Shown here: positions 1-8,787 of the stretch, piece after piece | Layout: each line of letters opens with the position of its first letter | Numbering within the stretch: the first letter of the stretch is position 1 | Source: Candidatus Nomurabacteria bacterium | GTDB lineage: Bacteria; Patescibacteriota; Minisyncoccia; Phycocordibacterales; JACOZG01 | Assembly (NCBI GenBank): GCA_020847275.1 | Contig: JADLCI010000001.1 | Location: 2,540-66,539 of the forward strand | Direction: 5' to 3' | DNA: 64,000 nt | Notes under the pieces: model-generated | Seen by the model: only the letters and a program-made list of their open reading frames with translations | Told to the model about the DNA's origin: nothing | Database searches by the model: none | Position numbers and translations under genes: made by a program

Positions 1-975
1 CATGGCAACCTCCCTGTGGGCAACGAGTAATTCACGCAGAATTTCGGGCAAGCGCTCTGCCCTCTCGTGTGTGGCTAGACTTCTAATTGTTTTCACTTCA
101 TCTGTGCTCAAGTTCTTCAGCCACTCTTCCTGATTATTTTTATCCAAGCGCACCAGCAAGGCGAGCCTAATCTGGCGCAAGAGTAACCTGATCAGAGTTT
201 TAACATCTTGATTTTTCAGGCTACTCGCTCGGACTTTCTCGAGTGCTCGTTCTAAATTCTGATCCAGAATCGCGCCGGCCAGATCCCGCACCAGATGCGC
301 TGGCGGAGCGCCAGTTACCAGCTCGGCTTCGGCGAGAGTAATCTTGTTATCTGCGGAGGCACTCATTGCCTTCTGCAGGAGACCAACAGCGTCACGGAAG
401 GAACCATCGCCGAGAAGCGCAATTAATTCCGCCGCTTCGGTTTCTAATTTGAACTTTTCTGACTTTGCAATCTGAAGCAACAAGGTCTGGATTTCATTCT
501 GACTGGGCTTGCTGAAGGTGAAAGTCTGACAACGAGAAATAATCGTTTCCGGTACTTTATTCAACTCCGTGGTCGCAAAAATGAAGACAACATGCGCCGG
601 CGGCTCTTCCAATGTTTTCAGAAGCGCGTTCCAAGCATCGCGCGTGAGCATATGAACCTCGTCAATCAGGTAAACTTTCCGCGGAGAACGAAAGGGCATC
701 GTGCTTACGCCCTCTCGCAACATGCGAACCTCGTCAATGCCACGATTGGAGGCCCCATCGATTTCGTATAGATCCTCTGGCATCACCTCGAGCTCACTGG
801 CCAATATTCGAGCAACAGAAGTTTTCCCCGTACCCCGAGAGCCGGCGAATAAGTAAGCGTGGGAAACATTATTAATCCGTAATGCTCCCTCCAGCACCCT
901 GATCACCGACTCCTGGCCAATAACTTCGGAAAATTTGCTTGGTCGATATTTACGATAAAGGGCAAGTTCGGACAT
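1..975 (-). CDS. dnaX: DNA polymerase III subunit gamma/tau, N-terminal part (extends beyond window start)
   Basis: Minus-strand translation begins MSELALYRKYRPSKF...HAYLFAGSRGTGKTS with Walker A, DEVHML and the clamp-loader box; ATG at 975 preceded by a GGGGG SD; the ORF runs off the 5' edge of the window. Confidence 0.9.
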   Translation of the reverse strand, partial: MSELALYRKYRPSKFSEVIGQESVIRVLEGALRINNVSHAYLFAGSRGTGKTSVARILASELEVMPEDLYEIDGASNRGIDEVRMLREGVSTMPFRSPRKVYLIDEVHMLTRDAWNALLKTLEEPPAHVVFIFATTELNKVPETIISRCQTFTFSKPSQNEIQTLLLQIAKSEKFKLETEAAELIALLGDGSFRDAVGLLQKAMSASADNKITLAEAELVTGAPPAHLVRDLAGAILDQNLERALEKVRASSLKNQDVKTLIRLLLRQIRLALLVRLDKNNQEEWLKNLSTDEVKTIRSLATHERAERLPEILRELLVAHREVAM

Positions 976-1011
976 TTGCCCCCATTATATAGAAAAACGA
1001 GTATAAAAGAA

Positions 1012-1317
1012 GCCCGCCCCACATTACGTGGAACGGGCTTTCTTGCAGAAACGGCGTAAGTCGAACTAGGTCAAACCACACCCCTTTCTTTAGTTTGTGG
1101 CTACGAACCGTTCGTGGCCAGTGGTCGCCGTGGCTGATCAACCAGCGATCAGCTCGCCGTGCGCGCCGAGGTCAGCGATGATTGGTCTCAAAAAAAGAAT
1201 GAATCTCAGGCTCAAAACAACCACCATAATGAGTCTTCATAAACGACTCCTTCCTGGTTCCCAAAGAACCAAGTGAAAAGAACTGCCCCCAGTGGCTCTG
1301 TCGAACCCTCGACAAAC
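1012..1317 (-). ncRNA. Unassigned ~290-nt transcription unit between dusB and dnaX; candidate small RNA (possibly SRP RNA/ffs) or structured dnaX leader
   Basis: Near-consensus sigma70 promoter on the minus strand (TTGACA-16-TATACT) at 1324-1351. Intrinsic terminator hairpin at 1019-1049 followed by a U-tract. No long ORF, only a 22-codon ORF with an AGGAAGGAG SD. ffs commonly sits upstream of dnaX, but I could not find a clean domain IV GGAA/AGCAG motif. Confidence 0.3.
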
Positions 1318-1323
1318 AAGCCA

Positions 1324-1351
1324 AACTGCGACCAGTATAGCAAGCCTCCAG
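1324..1351 (-). promoter_or_regulatory. sigma70-type promoter (TTGACA-16-TATACT) driving the ncRNA candidate
   Basis: Reverse complement of 1346-1351 is TTGACA and of 1324-1329 is TATACT, with a 16-nt spacer. Confidence 0.45.
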
Positions 1352-1357
1352 AAATTG

Positions 1358-2311
1358 TCAAGCACCCCCCTCCTTCAGCCACGCCTCAATAATTGAGATC
1401 GCTTCCCCGGCAGTATTTGTATCCATCAGCCTTAGTCTAAGATCTTTATCTGAAACATAGGCCTTGAAATGCTTTTTCATCACCGCAAAGCTCTTAATCT
1501 GGCCAAGTAGTTCCCCGAAGAGTTCAATATGCCACGCTAGAATCTTCAGTTTTTCTGAAGAGCTCGGTAAATCTCTATTCTTTGCAAAAAGAAACGGATT
1601 GCCAAAAATTGCCCGACCCAACATTCCCCCATCAGCCCCACTGGCATTCACCCTTTCTCGCGCATCAGCTAAATCACGTAGATCTCCATTACCAATGATC
1701 AGGGTCTCGCTTTTTAGCTCATTCCTAATTTCTACTGCCCGACCCACTTCTTCCCAGCGCGCGTCCACCTTCGACATCTCCTCCCTCGTTCGAGCATGAA
1801 TTGTCACAACCGTGGGTTTCTCCGCCAAGAGCTCTGGCAACCATTCTTCCAGTTGACTATCCTCATAACCCAAGCGCGTTTTCACTGAAACGGGTAAATC
1901 GCCCGCACCACGCTTGGCGGCCCTAATTAGTTCTCTGGCCAATTTTGGATTCTTGATTAGGGCAGCCCCAGCACCCTGCTTCTCTACACTACGATCTGGA
2001 CAACCCATGTTGATATCGAGACCGTCGAAACCAAGTTCAGCCACCAGTCTAGCGGCCTGCTCCATTTTCTCCGGTTTACTGGTAAAAATTTGGGCCACGA
2101 TTGGTCTTTCTGGCTCGGTAAATTTCAAATCATTCAGCAACACCTCCCGACCGGGACTACACAAACCATCGGCCGAGACAAACTCTGTCCACAAAACATC
2201 CGGCTTCCCACACTTCGCGATCACTCGGCGAAAAGCCGCATCCGTCACATCGGCAAGCGGGGCGAGGACGAAAAAGGGTCGAGGTAAGCTAAACCAAAAG
2301 TTCTTGGACAT
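1358..2311 (-). CDS. dus: tRNA-dihydrouridine synthase
   Basis: 317 aa; FFVLAPLADVTDAAFR, TEFVSADGL and DINMGCP motifs of the Dus TIM-barrel flavoenzyme family. Confidence 0.85.
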   Translation of the reverse strand: MSKNFWFSLPRPFFVLAPLADVTDAAFRRVIAKCGKPDVLWTEFVSADGLCSPGREVLLNDLKFTEPERPIVAQIFTSKPEKMEQAARLVAELGFDGLDINMGCPDRSVEKQGAGAALIKNPKLARELIRAAKRGAGDLPVSVKTRLGYEDSQLEEWLPELLAEKPTVVTIHARTREEMSKVDARWEEVGRAVEIRNELKSETLIIGNGDLRDLADARERVNASGADGGMLGRAIFGNPFLFAKNRDLPSSSEKLKILAWHIELFGELLGQIKSFAVMKKHFKAYVSDKDLRLRLMDTNTAGEAISIIEAWLKEGGA

Positions 2312-2312
2312 T

Positions 2313-3176
2313 CTAAGATTCTAGAAATTTATAAAAAACCTTGTCAGCAAATCGCGCATCTAGGTAGTCTAGCCGACGACCAGACTCGAGATTCTTTCGA
2401 TACTCTTTGACAAAGACCTCCGTACCGAGGGCCACTTTAAAATCGGCAAACAACTTTTCTGGATCAGAATTTAAGTTCAAGAAAACAACGGCATTGTTAG
2501 ACAGAAAGAATTTTAATTCCCCATCTAAACCCAGAGCAACCCGTTCTATTCCCAACCCCAAAACAGACTCAGCTAAAGCTTCCGCCAAGCCTGTTTTAAG
2601 ATCAATCAACTTTTTGAAATCCGTCTCAGCAAGTGGGCGACCACCAATCGGGGTTATCGGCAAAGCTCCCTCAATCACAAATAGTGGTCGACCCAAGAAT
2701 TCCGGTGCGGACGCAAAGGCAAGACCATGCTCATCTAAGAAAAAACAGTTGTCACCACCACCATCACACCAAAAATATTTAGCCTCCCGCTCACTGACAC
2801 TGATTGATAGGAGATTATCCTTCTGCGACACTTTTATCTCCTTAAGATCCGGCAGGGACTGCGACAGGGTGCTGATAATGGTCTCCCGCGGGTAAAAGAA
2901 AATGTTTTTTCGGGGGAGAAGACCAAAATAACTACCAGCCAGAATTTCAGCGGACAGATTTTCAATTTTCTCTGCCTTAGTTGGGCTTGCACCACTAATC
3001 CGAACCTCTTGCAACAGAAATTTGTCCCAATGAGCCAGCCAGAGTATCTCTCCGACAAAGACAAGGAGGAGTGTCAGACGAAAAATAAGTTTAAGTCGAT
3101 AGCGTCGTTTACGTTGAGCTTGCGCCTGCTTCAAAATCCCCGACCGACCAGTGATAATCTGTCGTGACATTGCCAT
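2313..3176 (-). CDS. FtsQ/DivIB-like cell-division protein (N-terminal TM plus POTRA-like region), tentative
   Basis: 287 aa; basic N-terminus, a single TM helix and a periplasmic domain of FtsQ-like size and composition. Confidence 0.4.
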   Translation of the reverse strand: MAMSRQIITGRSGILKQAQAQRKRRYRLKLIFRLTLLLVFVGEILWLAHWDKFLLQEVRISGASPTKAEKIENLSAEILAGSYFGLLPRKNIFFYPRETIISTLSQSLPDLKEIKVSQKDNLLSISVSEREAKYFWCDGGGDNCFFLDEHGLAFASAPEFLGRPLFVIEGALPITPIGGRPLAETDFKKLIDLKTGLAEALAESVLGLGIERVALGLDGELKFFLSNNAVVFLNLNSDPEKLFADFKVALGTEVFVKEYRKNLESGRRLDYLDARFADKVFYKFLES

Positions 3177-3177
3177 T

Positions 3178-5574
3178 CTATAAAATAATCAACTTGCCAC
3201 CCAAGAACTCGATCCGCGTCCCCGCTCCAACCTCACCACTAATTATTCTATCCGCAACAGCCTGCTCAACCTTATCCTGAATAAAGCGGGCCAATGGCCG
3301 AGCACCAAAAACTCGATTGGTTCCGGCGTCGGCCACACGATTAATCAGATCATCATTGAGTTGCAGCTCGATGCCCTGAGTCCTCAATCGGGCAACTAAG
3401 CGATTAAGAAGTAGACGAGCAACCTGAAATAGTTCCGCCCCGACCAGTGGATGGAAGATCACAATCTCATCGAAACGGTTGAGCAACTCCGGCCGGAAAA
3501 GTGACCGTTTGATAAGGTGGTTCACCAACTCATCCCGCGCGGTGCTTGGGTCACGCCCCGCCTCTACCATCTCCCAGATCATCTCGGCGGCGGCATTAGA
3601 GGTCGCGATAAAGATGATATTACGCGTATTGACTCGACGACCAAATGCATCAGAGAAAAACCCTTCGTCCAGAATCTGAAGAAACAAGTTAAGCACCTGC
3701 TGACTGGTCTTCTCAAACTCATCCAAAAGTAGAACCCCGTAAGGGTTCTGCCGTAGAAGATTAGCGAGTATCCCCTGTTTATTTTCGGCAAAAGAGCCAA
3801 TCAGACGATTCAAGGCATCATCTGATTGATATTCCGACATATCTAGCCGCAAAAGCGCCTCCTCGCGCCCGAAAAGTGTCCGCGCTAACGCCTTTGCTGT
3901 TTCCGTCTTACCGACGCCAGTTGGCCCCAAAAAAAGAAAACTGCCGATCGGGCGCCCGCGGTTCGCCGTACCCGCACGACTCCGACGAAGCGCCTGACTA
4001 ATTGCTCGTAAAGCCACCTCCTGGCCGATCACTTGATGTTGTAAATTTTGTTCCAAACTCAATAAAGATTCCCGTTCTAAAACAGAAACCGAACCAGCGG
4101 GGATCTTCGTTTTCTGACTGACAAAGGCCAAGACCTCTTCTCGCCCGATAATCTTCTCCCCACTACTCACCGCCCAAGGCACTAACTCCACCAATAAATC
4201 AAGGGCTCGGTCACTGATTGAATCTGTCTGGAAATATCGTCCAGCACTTTCAACCAAAGAAACAAGGGATTGGTAGGTAAAAAAGATTCCCAGCTTCTTT
4301 TCAAAATTTACCGCCACTTCCTCGAGAAAAATGATTAAACGCGACTGGTCGATTTCTGTCGCACGAATAACCTCGAAACGACGGGCTAATTCGGGCACAC
4401 CAGCAATTGACTGTTGATAGGAATCCGTGTCGACAAGAGCAATAATCGGTAAAATTGCCGCCCCAAGATACGGATCGAGAAGCGAGGTTAATTCGCTGCC
4501 AAGTCTCCGCGCGCCAGCAAGCAAAACAGCGAGATCATCAATTACCAAAATCGTATTACCCGACTTGGCGGCCTCATTCATGATCTGCAAAACTGTCTGC
4601 TCAAAAGTGCCGCGCTCTCGATGGTCAGCAATCAGCAGGGCGGCGTGGAGAAGAACCGGGCGGCGGTGTTCTAGGGCCGGCACTACGAAACCACTCTTAA
4701 TTTCATTCGCCAATTGCCAAATTATATCCATCTTTGACTCCCCTGCGGGCCCAACAATAAGCGCATTTGATTCTTGGCTACGCAGGAGGACATTCTCCAA
4801 CTGTCGAACCTCGTCGCGACGCACCGTGGCGGTCTGCCGAAAGCCACTTGATTGTGGTGCCAGCAATAAATCTTCACTGTAACGATCGAGGACAAAGGTC
4901 TGTCCGAAAGACCAATCCTTAGCCAAACCAGGAATTCTTCCCAAACTCTCACGACTCCACCAGCGCTCGGCAAGAGCCTTGCGCTCAATCTCACTCACCA
5001 CCCAAGCAACCGCGCCAACCAATTCCGGCTGATTGATCTCGTGGCGGAAAAGGAATTTGGCAAAATCTTCATTGTTGGAATAAATCCAGTCCGCCAACTT
5101 GGCCAAGGTTAGCGGTTCAGCGCCCGCGAGAGAGAGGGTGGGCAGATTCTTTTTCTGTGGTCGTGTCTGAAGAAAAGATCGGATCTCCGTATCCATCACC
5201 CCAAGACGTCTTAAAACCAAATTTCCCGTCTTGGATAACATAAAAGCCGTCAGAACATCCTCATCTTTATTTCTCAATCGATACAAAATACGCCCAACCG
5301 TAAAGGTGAAGAGATCCTCACGCCGATAACGATTAGTAATGATGCTAGAAAAATAATAAGAACGGAAAAAAACCTCAAGGAGGTGAAGCATCAGAATTGC
5401 CGTCGCGAGAATAAGCACCAATCCCAACCATCGAGAAGTCTGATCGAGAGACAAGAGCAATGCGAGTGTCATCACCTCCACTACCCAACGAAGAAATCGT
5501 CGGTCGCGACGGGAAATCAGGTTCTCCAAAACAAGAACTGGGTAAAGTCGACTAGATTTTATTCTTTCAAACAT
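3178..5574 (-). CDS. Membrane-anchored Clp/Hsp100-family AAA+ ATPase with degenerate first nucleotide-binding domain
   Basis: 798 aa; two N-terminal TM helices. The D2 domain is intact ([15 protein letters not shown]...LLRLDMSEYQ, sensor-2 region). The D1 Walker A is replaced by GPAGESKM. Confidence 0.7.
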   Translation of the reverse strand: MFERIKSSRLYPVLVLENLISRRDRRFLRWVVEVMTLALLLSLDQTSRWLGLVLILATAILMLHLLEVFFRSYYFSSIITNRYRREDLFTFTVGRILYRLRNKDEDVLTAFMLSKTGNLVLRRLGVMDTEIRSFLQTRPQKKNLPTLSLAGAEPLTLAKLADWIYSNNEDFAKFLFRHEINQPELVGAVAWVVSEIERKALAERWWSRESLGRIPGLAKDWSFGQTFVLDRYSEDLLLAPQSSGFRQTATVRRDEVRQLENVLLRSQESNALIVGPAGESKMDIIWQLANEIKSGFVVPALEHRRPVLLHAALLIADHRERGTFEQTVLQIMNEAAKSGNTILVIDDLAVLLAGARRLGSELTSLLDPYLGAAILPIIALVDTDSYQQSIAGVPELARRFEVIRATEIDQSRLIIFLEEVAVNFEKKLGIFFTYQSLVSLVESAGRYFQTDSISDRALDLLVELVPWAVSSGEKIIGREEVLAFVSQKTKIPAGSVSVLERESLLSLEQNLQHQVIGQEVALRAISQALRRSRAGTANRGRPIGSFLFLGPTGVGKTETAKALARTLFGREEALLRLDMSEYQSDDALNRLIGSFAENKQGILANLLRQNPYGVLLLDEFEKTSQQVLNLFLQILDEGFFSDAFGRRVNTRNIIFIATSNAAAEMIWEMVEAGRDPSTARDELVNHLIKRSLFRPELLNRFDEIVIFHPLVGAELFQVARLLLNRLVARLRTQGIELQLNDDLINRVADAGTNRVFGARPLARFIQDKVEQAVADRIISGEVGAGTRIEFLGGKLIIL

Positions 5575-5580
5575 GGTGCA

Positions 5581-5967
5581 TTATAATAAAAGCTTTATTC
5601 CCAAAAGAAGGCTCGCGACAACGATAAACGGCAAAGCAAACCAAACAATAAAAACAGCAAATCCTATCAACATTGAGATAAACAAAACAAATGTCCCGAA
5701 AACGACCAACAGAAAACGGATCAGGAAACCAATGAGACGCATAAATGTATTGATGAAGAAGCTTGCGAAAATTTCTGACAGATTAAAGCGACCAGGATAA
5801 GCCTCCCCCAGCCGTCTCCATGGAGAAAATAAAGTTTTCAGTAGTACGGGCAGAGAAAAGAAGTGGTAAATAAACCAGAGAAAGTCGCGGTAAATCCGGG
5901 AGAGGTCTCCCCAGGCAACCGTGTAATGCCAAACGAGATAATTAAATGGCAGAACCAAAATTGGCAT
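5581..5967 (-). CDS. hypothetical polytopic membrane protein
   Basis: 128 aa, highly hydrophobic with about 4 TM segments; no recognisable motif. Confidence 0.4.
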   Translation of the reverse strand: MPILVLPFNYLVWHYTVAWGDLSRIYRDFLWFIYHFFSLPVLLKTLFSPWRRLGEAYPGRFNLSEIFASFFINTFMRLIGFLIRFLLVVFGTFVLFISMLIGFAVFIVWFALPFIVVASLLLGIKLLL

Positions 5968-7201
5968 ATTGCTCTAGAACTGTTGGCAATTTAACCTTGC
6001 CATCAGCTTGCTGATAATTTTCCACCAAAGCGGCGATAATTCGTGGTGTTGCCATCGCCGTACAGTTGAGCGAGTGAGCAAAGTGAATCTTGCCATCGGT
6101 TCCACGATAGCGAATATTGAAACGTCTTGTCTGGAAATCGTGATAATAGGACGCACTAGACCCCTCGCGATAAGTTTTCTGACTTGGAAACCAGATCTCC
6201 GTGTCATACTGTTTTACCTTACTCAGTCCAAGATCACCGCCACAAATAAGAAGCCTTCGATAAGGCAACCCGAGTGACTCTAGAAATTCCTCATAATTAC
6301 GATTTAGCTCTTCGTGTATCCGGGCTGACTCAGTGTGATCAGCTTTGCATAAGATGAGTTGCTCTAGTTTAAAAAACTCATGGACCCGAATTAGACCCTT
6401 CACGTCCTTACCGTGACTCCCGGCCTCACGACGATAACACGGTGAGAAAGCAAGATAACGCTTCGGTAAATCTAACTCATCTAAAATTTCATCCCCATGA
6501 TAAGCCATCATGGGTACTTCGGCTGTCCCAGAGAGATAATCATCGTCCTGGGTCTTAAACAAATCTTCAGACTCTCTTGGAAGATGGCCCGTACCATAGA
6601 AATATTCTTTTTTTACAATTGCCGGAGCAATAAATGGCTGATAATCTTTCTGGCCAAAAAAAGCTCGCGCGGAGTTCCATAGCGCCCAAGAAAGTTCGGC
6701 CCCATCTCCACAAAGAAAGTAGCCCCGAAATCCGTGAACTTTTGTCCCCCTCTCGAAATCAACCCAGCCCAAATTCTGCATTAACTCAATGTGATCCTTA
6801 GGGGTGAAATCAAATTTAGGCTTCTCCCCCCAAGTGGCCACCTCCACATTCTCGCTTTCATCTTTCCCGTCTGGAACCGAAACATCTGGAACATTCGGCA
6901 CCTGAAGCATCAGTCTCTGCCAATCGATCACAATCTCCTTCAGATCCGCTTCGTCTGTTTTGAGCTTAGTCTTTAAATCACGTAACTTGGTTAGAATCTC
7001 TGCTTGACCAGAAATATCTGTCTTCGCCACCTCTTCTCCCAGTTTATTCTGTTCAGCCCGCTTAGACTCTACCTCCGCCAACAACTTCAAGCGTTTCTCG
7101 TCTAAGACCAACAATTCTTCCACATTAAAGTCCAGGTGCTTTTTCATCACCGCGCTTTTGACTAATTCCGCATTCTCTCGAATAAACTTGATGTCCAACA
7201 T
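5942..7201 (-). CDS. serS: seryl-tRNA synthetase
   Basis: 419 aa; N-terminal coiled-coil arm (MLDIKFIRENAELV...) and class II aaRS core motifs. Confidence 0.93.
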   Translation of the reverse strand: MLDIKFIRENAELVKSAVMKKHLDFNVEELLVLDEKRLKLLAEVESKRAEQNKLGEEVAKTDISGQAEILTKLRDLKTKLKTDEADLKEIVIDWQRLMLQVPNVPDVSVPDGKDESENVEVATWGEKPKFDFTPKDHIELMQNLGWVDFERGTKVHGFRGYFLCGDGAELSWALWNSARAFFGQKDYQPFIAPAIVKKEYFYGTGHLPRESEDLFKTQDDDYLSGTAEVPMMAYHGDEILDELDLPKRYLAFSPCYRREAGSHGKDVKGLIRVHEFFKLEQLILCKADHTESARIHEELNRNYEEFLESLGLPYRRLLICGGDLGLSKVKQYDTEIWFPSQKTYREGSSASYYHDFQTRRFNIRYRGTDGKIHFAHSLNCTAMATPRIIAALVENYQQADGKVKLPTVLEQYANFGSAI

Positions 7202-7216
7202 ATGGCGGAATTATAA

Positions 7217-7246
7217 CAAAAAAAGCCCCGCGCGACAACGCGGGGC
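7217..7246 (-). terminator. intrinsic terminator after the 138-aa gene
   Basis: GCCCCGCG-CGACAA-CGCGGGGC hairpin followed on the minus strand by TTTTTTTG. Confidence 0.55.
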
Positions 7247-7258
7247 TTGAGTCTCAAA

Positions 7259-7675
7259 TCAACCTTTTCTCTTCTTTCTTTTCTTTTTCTTGGGTCGGAC
7301 TTGATCACGGCGGAAATCCCGGAGAAACTGCTCAAGTCTTGCAAATTCTTCTTCCGAGAGAGCGTCGACAAAAACATCCTTGGTCCGCCTGGCACCAAGA
7401 ATCCGATCGTCAGGCCAACGCAAAATCGCAAACGTATCAACCCAACCATCCGGACAATTCCGGGCGAGACAACGGAGGTTCACGGCCAACAGACCCAAGG
7501 ATAACCCCATAGACTCCGCTCCATCGCCCGATTCCCCGTTCAGATTAAAACGATAGTATCTAACCCCATCACTTCCGACCCCAACGAACATAACGATTCT
7601 CGCCTGAACCCGCTCTGCCGTGTCCGATGAACCTCGAACGAATGAATCCATACCTATCTCCTTTGTAAAAGACAA
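7259..7675 (-). CDS. hypothetical protein with poly-Lys/Arg C-terminal tail
   Basis: 138 aa; the C-terminus is RPKKKKRKKRKG; no family recognised. Confidence 0.4.
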   Translation of the reverse strand: MSFTKEIGMDSFVRGSSDTAERVQARIVMFVGVGSDGVRYYRFNLNGESGDGAESMGLSLGLLAVNLRCLARNCPDGWVDTFAILRWPDDRILGARRTKDVFVDALSEEEFARLEQFLRDFRRDQVRPKKKKRKKRKG

Positions 7676-7710
7676 GAAACTATCCAGGCTAATGATACAA
7701 TGTTGTTACC

Positions 7711-8577
7711 ATGTCTGCAATTAATCGTCTATCCCCAGACACTTTCCCGCCCCAACTCCGAGAAATACCCGAACCACCAAAAGAATTATACCTTGAGGGC
7801 GCTTGGCCAAGCCCAGAAAGCGTTCTTGTGACGATTGTCGGTTCACGCAAGTATTCCAATTATGGTCGAGAAGCCTGCGAAAAAATCATTAGCGAACTAT
7901 CTGGATATCCAATCGCCATTGTCTCTGGTCTGGCGATTGGCATTGATACAATTGCGCACAAGGCAGCGCTGGCGGCAAAACTCTATACACTCGCTGTTCC
8001 AGGTTCTGGCCTCGAACGCCGCGTGCTCCACCCGGCCTCCAACCGCCAGTTGGCTGACCAGATCCTAGAATCCGGTGGAGCACTCTTATCAGAATTTCCA
8101 CCGGAATACCCAGCCGGACTTCATACTTTTCCCCGACGCAATCGAATCATGGCTGGACTCGCCAATGCCGTTTTAATAATAGAGGCTGGTGAAAAGTCAG
8201 GCACACTTATCACCGCGCGACTGGCAACTGATTATAATCGTGATGTCTACGCTGTTCCTGGCTCTATTTTCTCTGCCGGTTCCGTTGGTACAAATAACCT
8301 AATCCGACAGGGCGCGACACCAATCATGAGCGGTGGTGACCTGCTTACAGCACTTGGATTTGAATTACCAAATGAGTCTGCGCAACAAAAACTAAACCTC
8401 GATGAACTCTCCGAACCGGAGAAGAAGATTTACGAAATCTTAAGCGTGGAATCAATGCACCGCGACGAGCTCATCCGTATTCTAGAATTACCAACCAGTG
8501 AAGCCAACTCTCTTCTCGGTATTATGGAAATTAAGGGAATTATCAAGGAAACGATGGGTGAGATTAGATTAAATTAA
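7711..8577 (+). CDS. dprA: DNA processing protein A (Smf)
   Basis: 288 aa; Rossmann-like DprA core (TIVGSRKYS...IVSGLAIGIDTIAHKAAL...GTLITARLA). Confidence 0.9.
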   Translation: MSAINRLSPDTFPPQLREIPEPPKELYLEGAWPSPESVLVTIVGSRKYSNYGREACEKIISELSGYPIAIVSGLAIGIDTIAHKAALAAKLYTLAVPGSGLERRVLHPASNRQLADQILESGGALLSEFPPEYPAGLHTFPRRNRIMAGLANAVLIIEAGEKSGTLITARLATDYNRDVYAVPGSIFSAGSVGTNNLIRQGATPIMSGGDLLTALGFELPNESAQQKLNLDELSEPEKKIYEILSVESMHRDELIRILELPTSEANSLLGIMEIKGIIKETMGEIRLN

Positions 8578-8787
8578 AAAACGGCTCAGGAAAGGAGGTC
8601 CTGAGCCGTGGTGCCGCGAACAAGTGCGTCAGCAATCGTGTCTTGGCCATCGCGGGGGTATCTAATCCCCGGAATCTACCTGTGACACGGCGCCACACAA
8701 ATTCAACGAACGACACCAATACCAGTCTAACACAAGTAAGACAAATTTGCAAAATATGAGCATCCATAGTACTAATTAGCGAAACTT

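Noticed and set aside
5573-5800. 75-aa plus-strand ORF (Lys/Asn-rich) overlapping the membrane-protein gene
   Set aside because: It is antisense to a convincingly hydrophobic coding frame and is low-complexity.
8581-8610. Hairpin GGCTCAGGA-AAGGAGG-TCCTGAGCC after dprA, considered as a terminator
   Set aside because: There is no U-tract after it, and the loop itself is an SD-like AAGGAGG. It is more likely an mRNA structural element, so I did not list it as a terminator.
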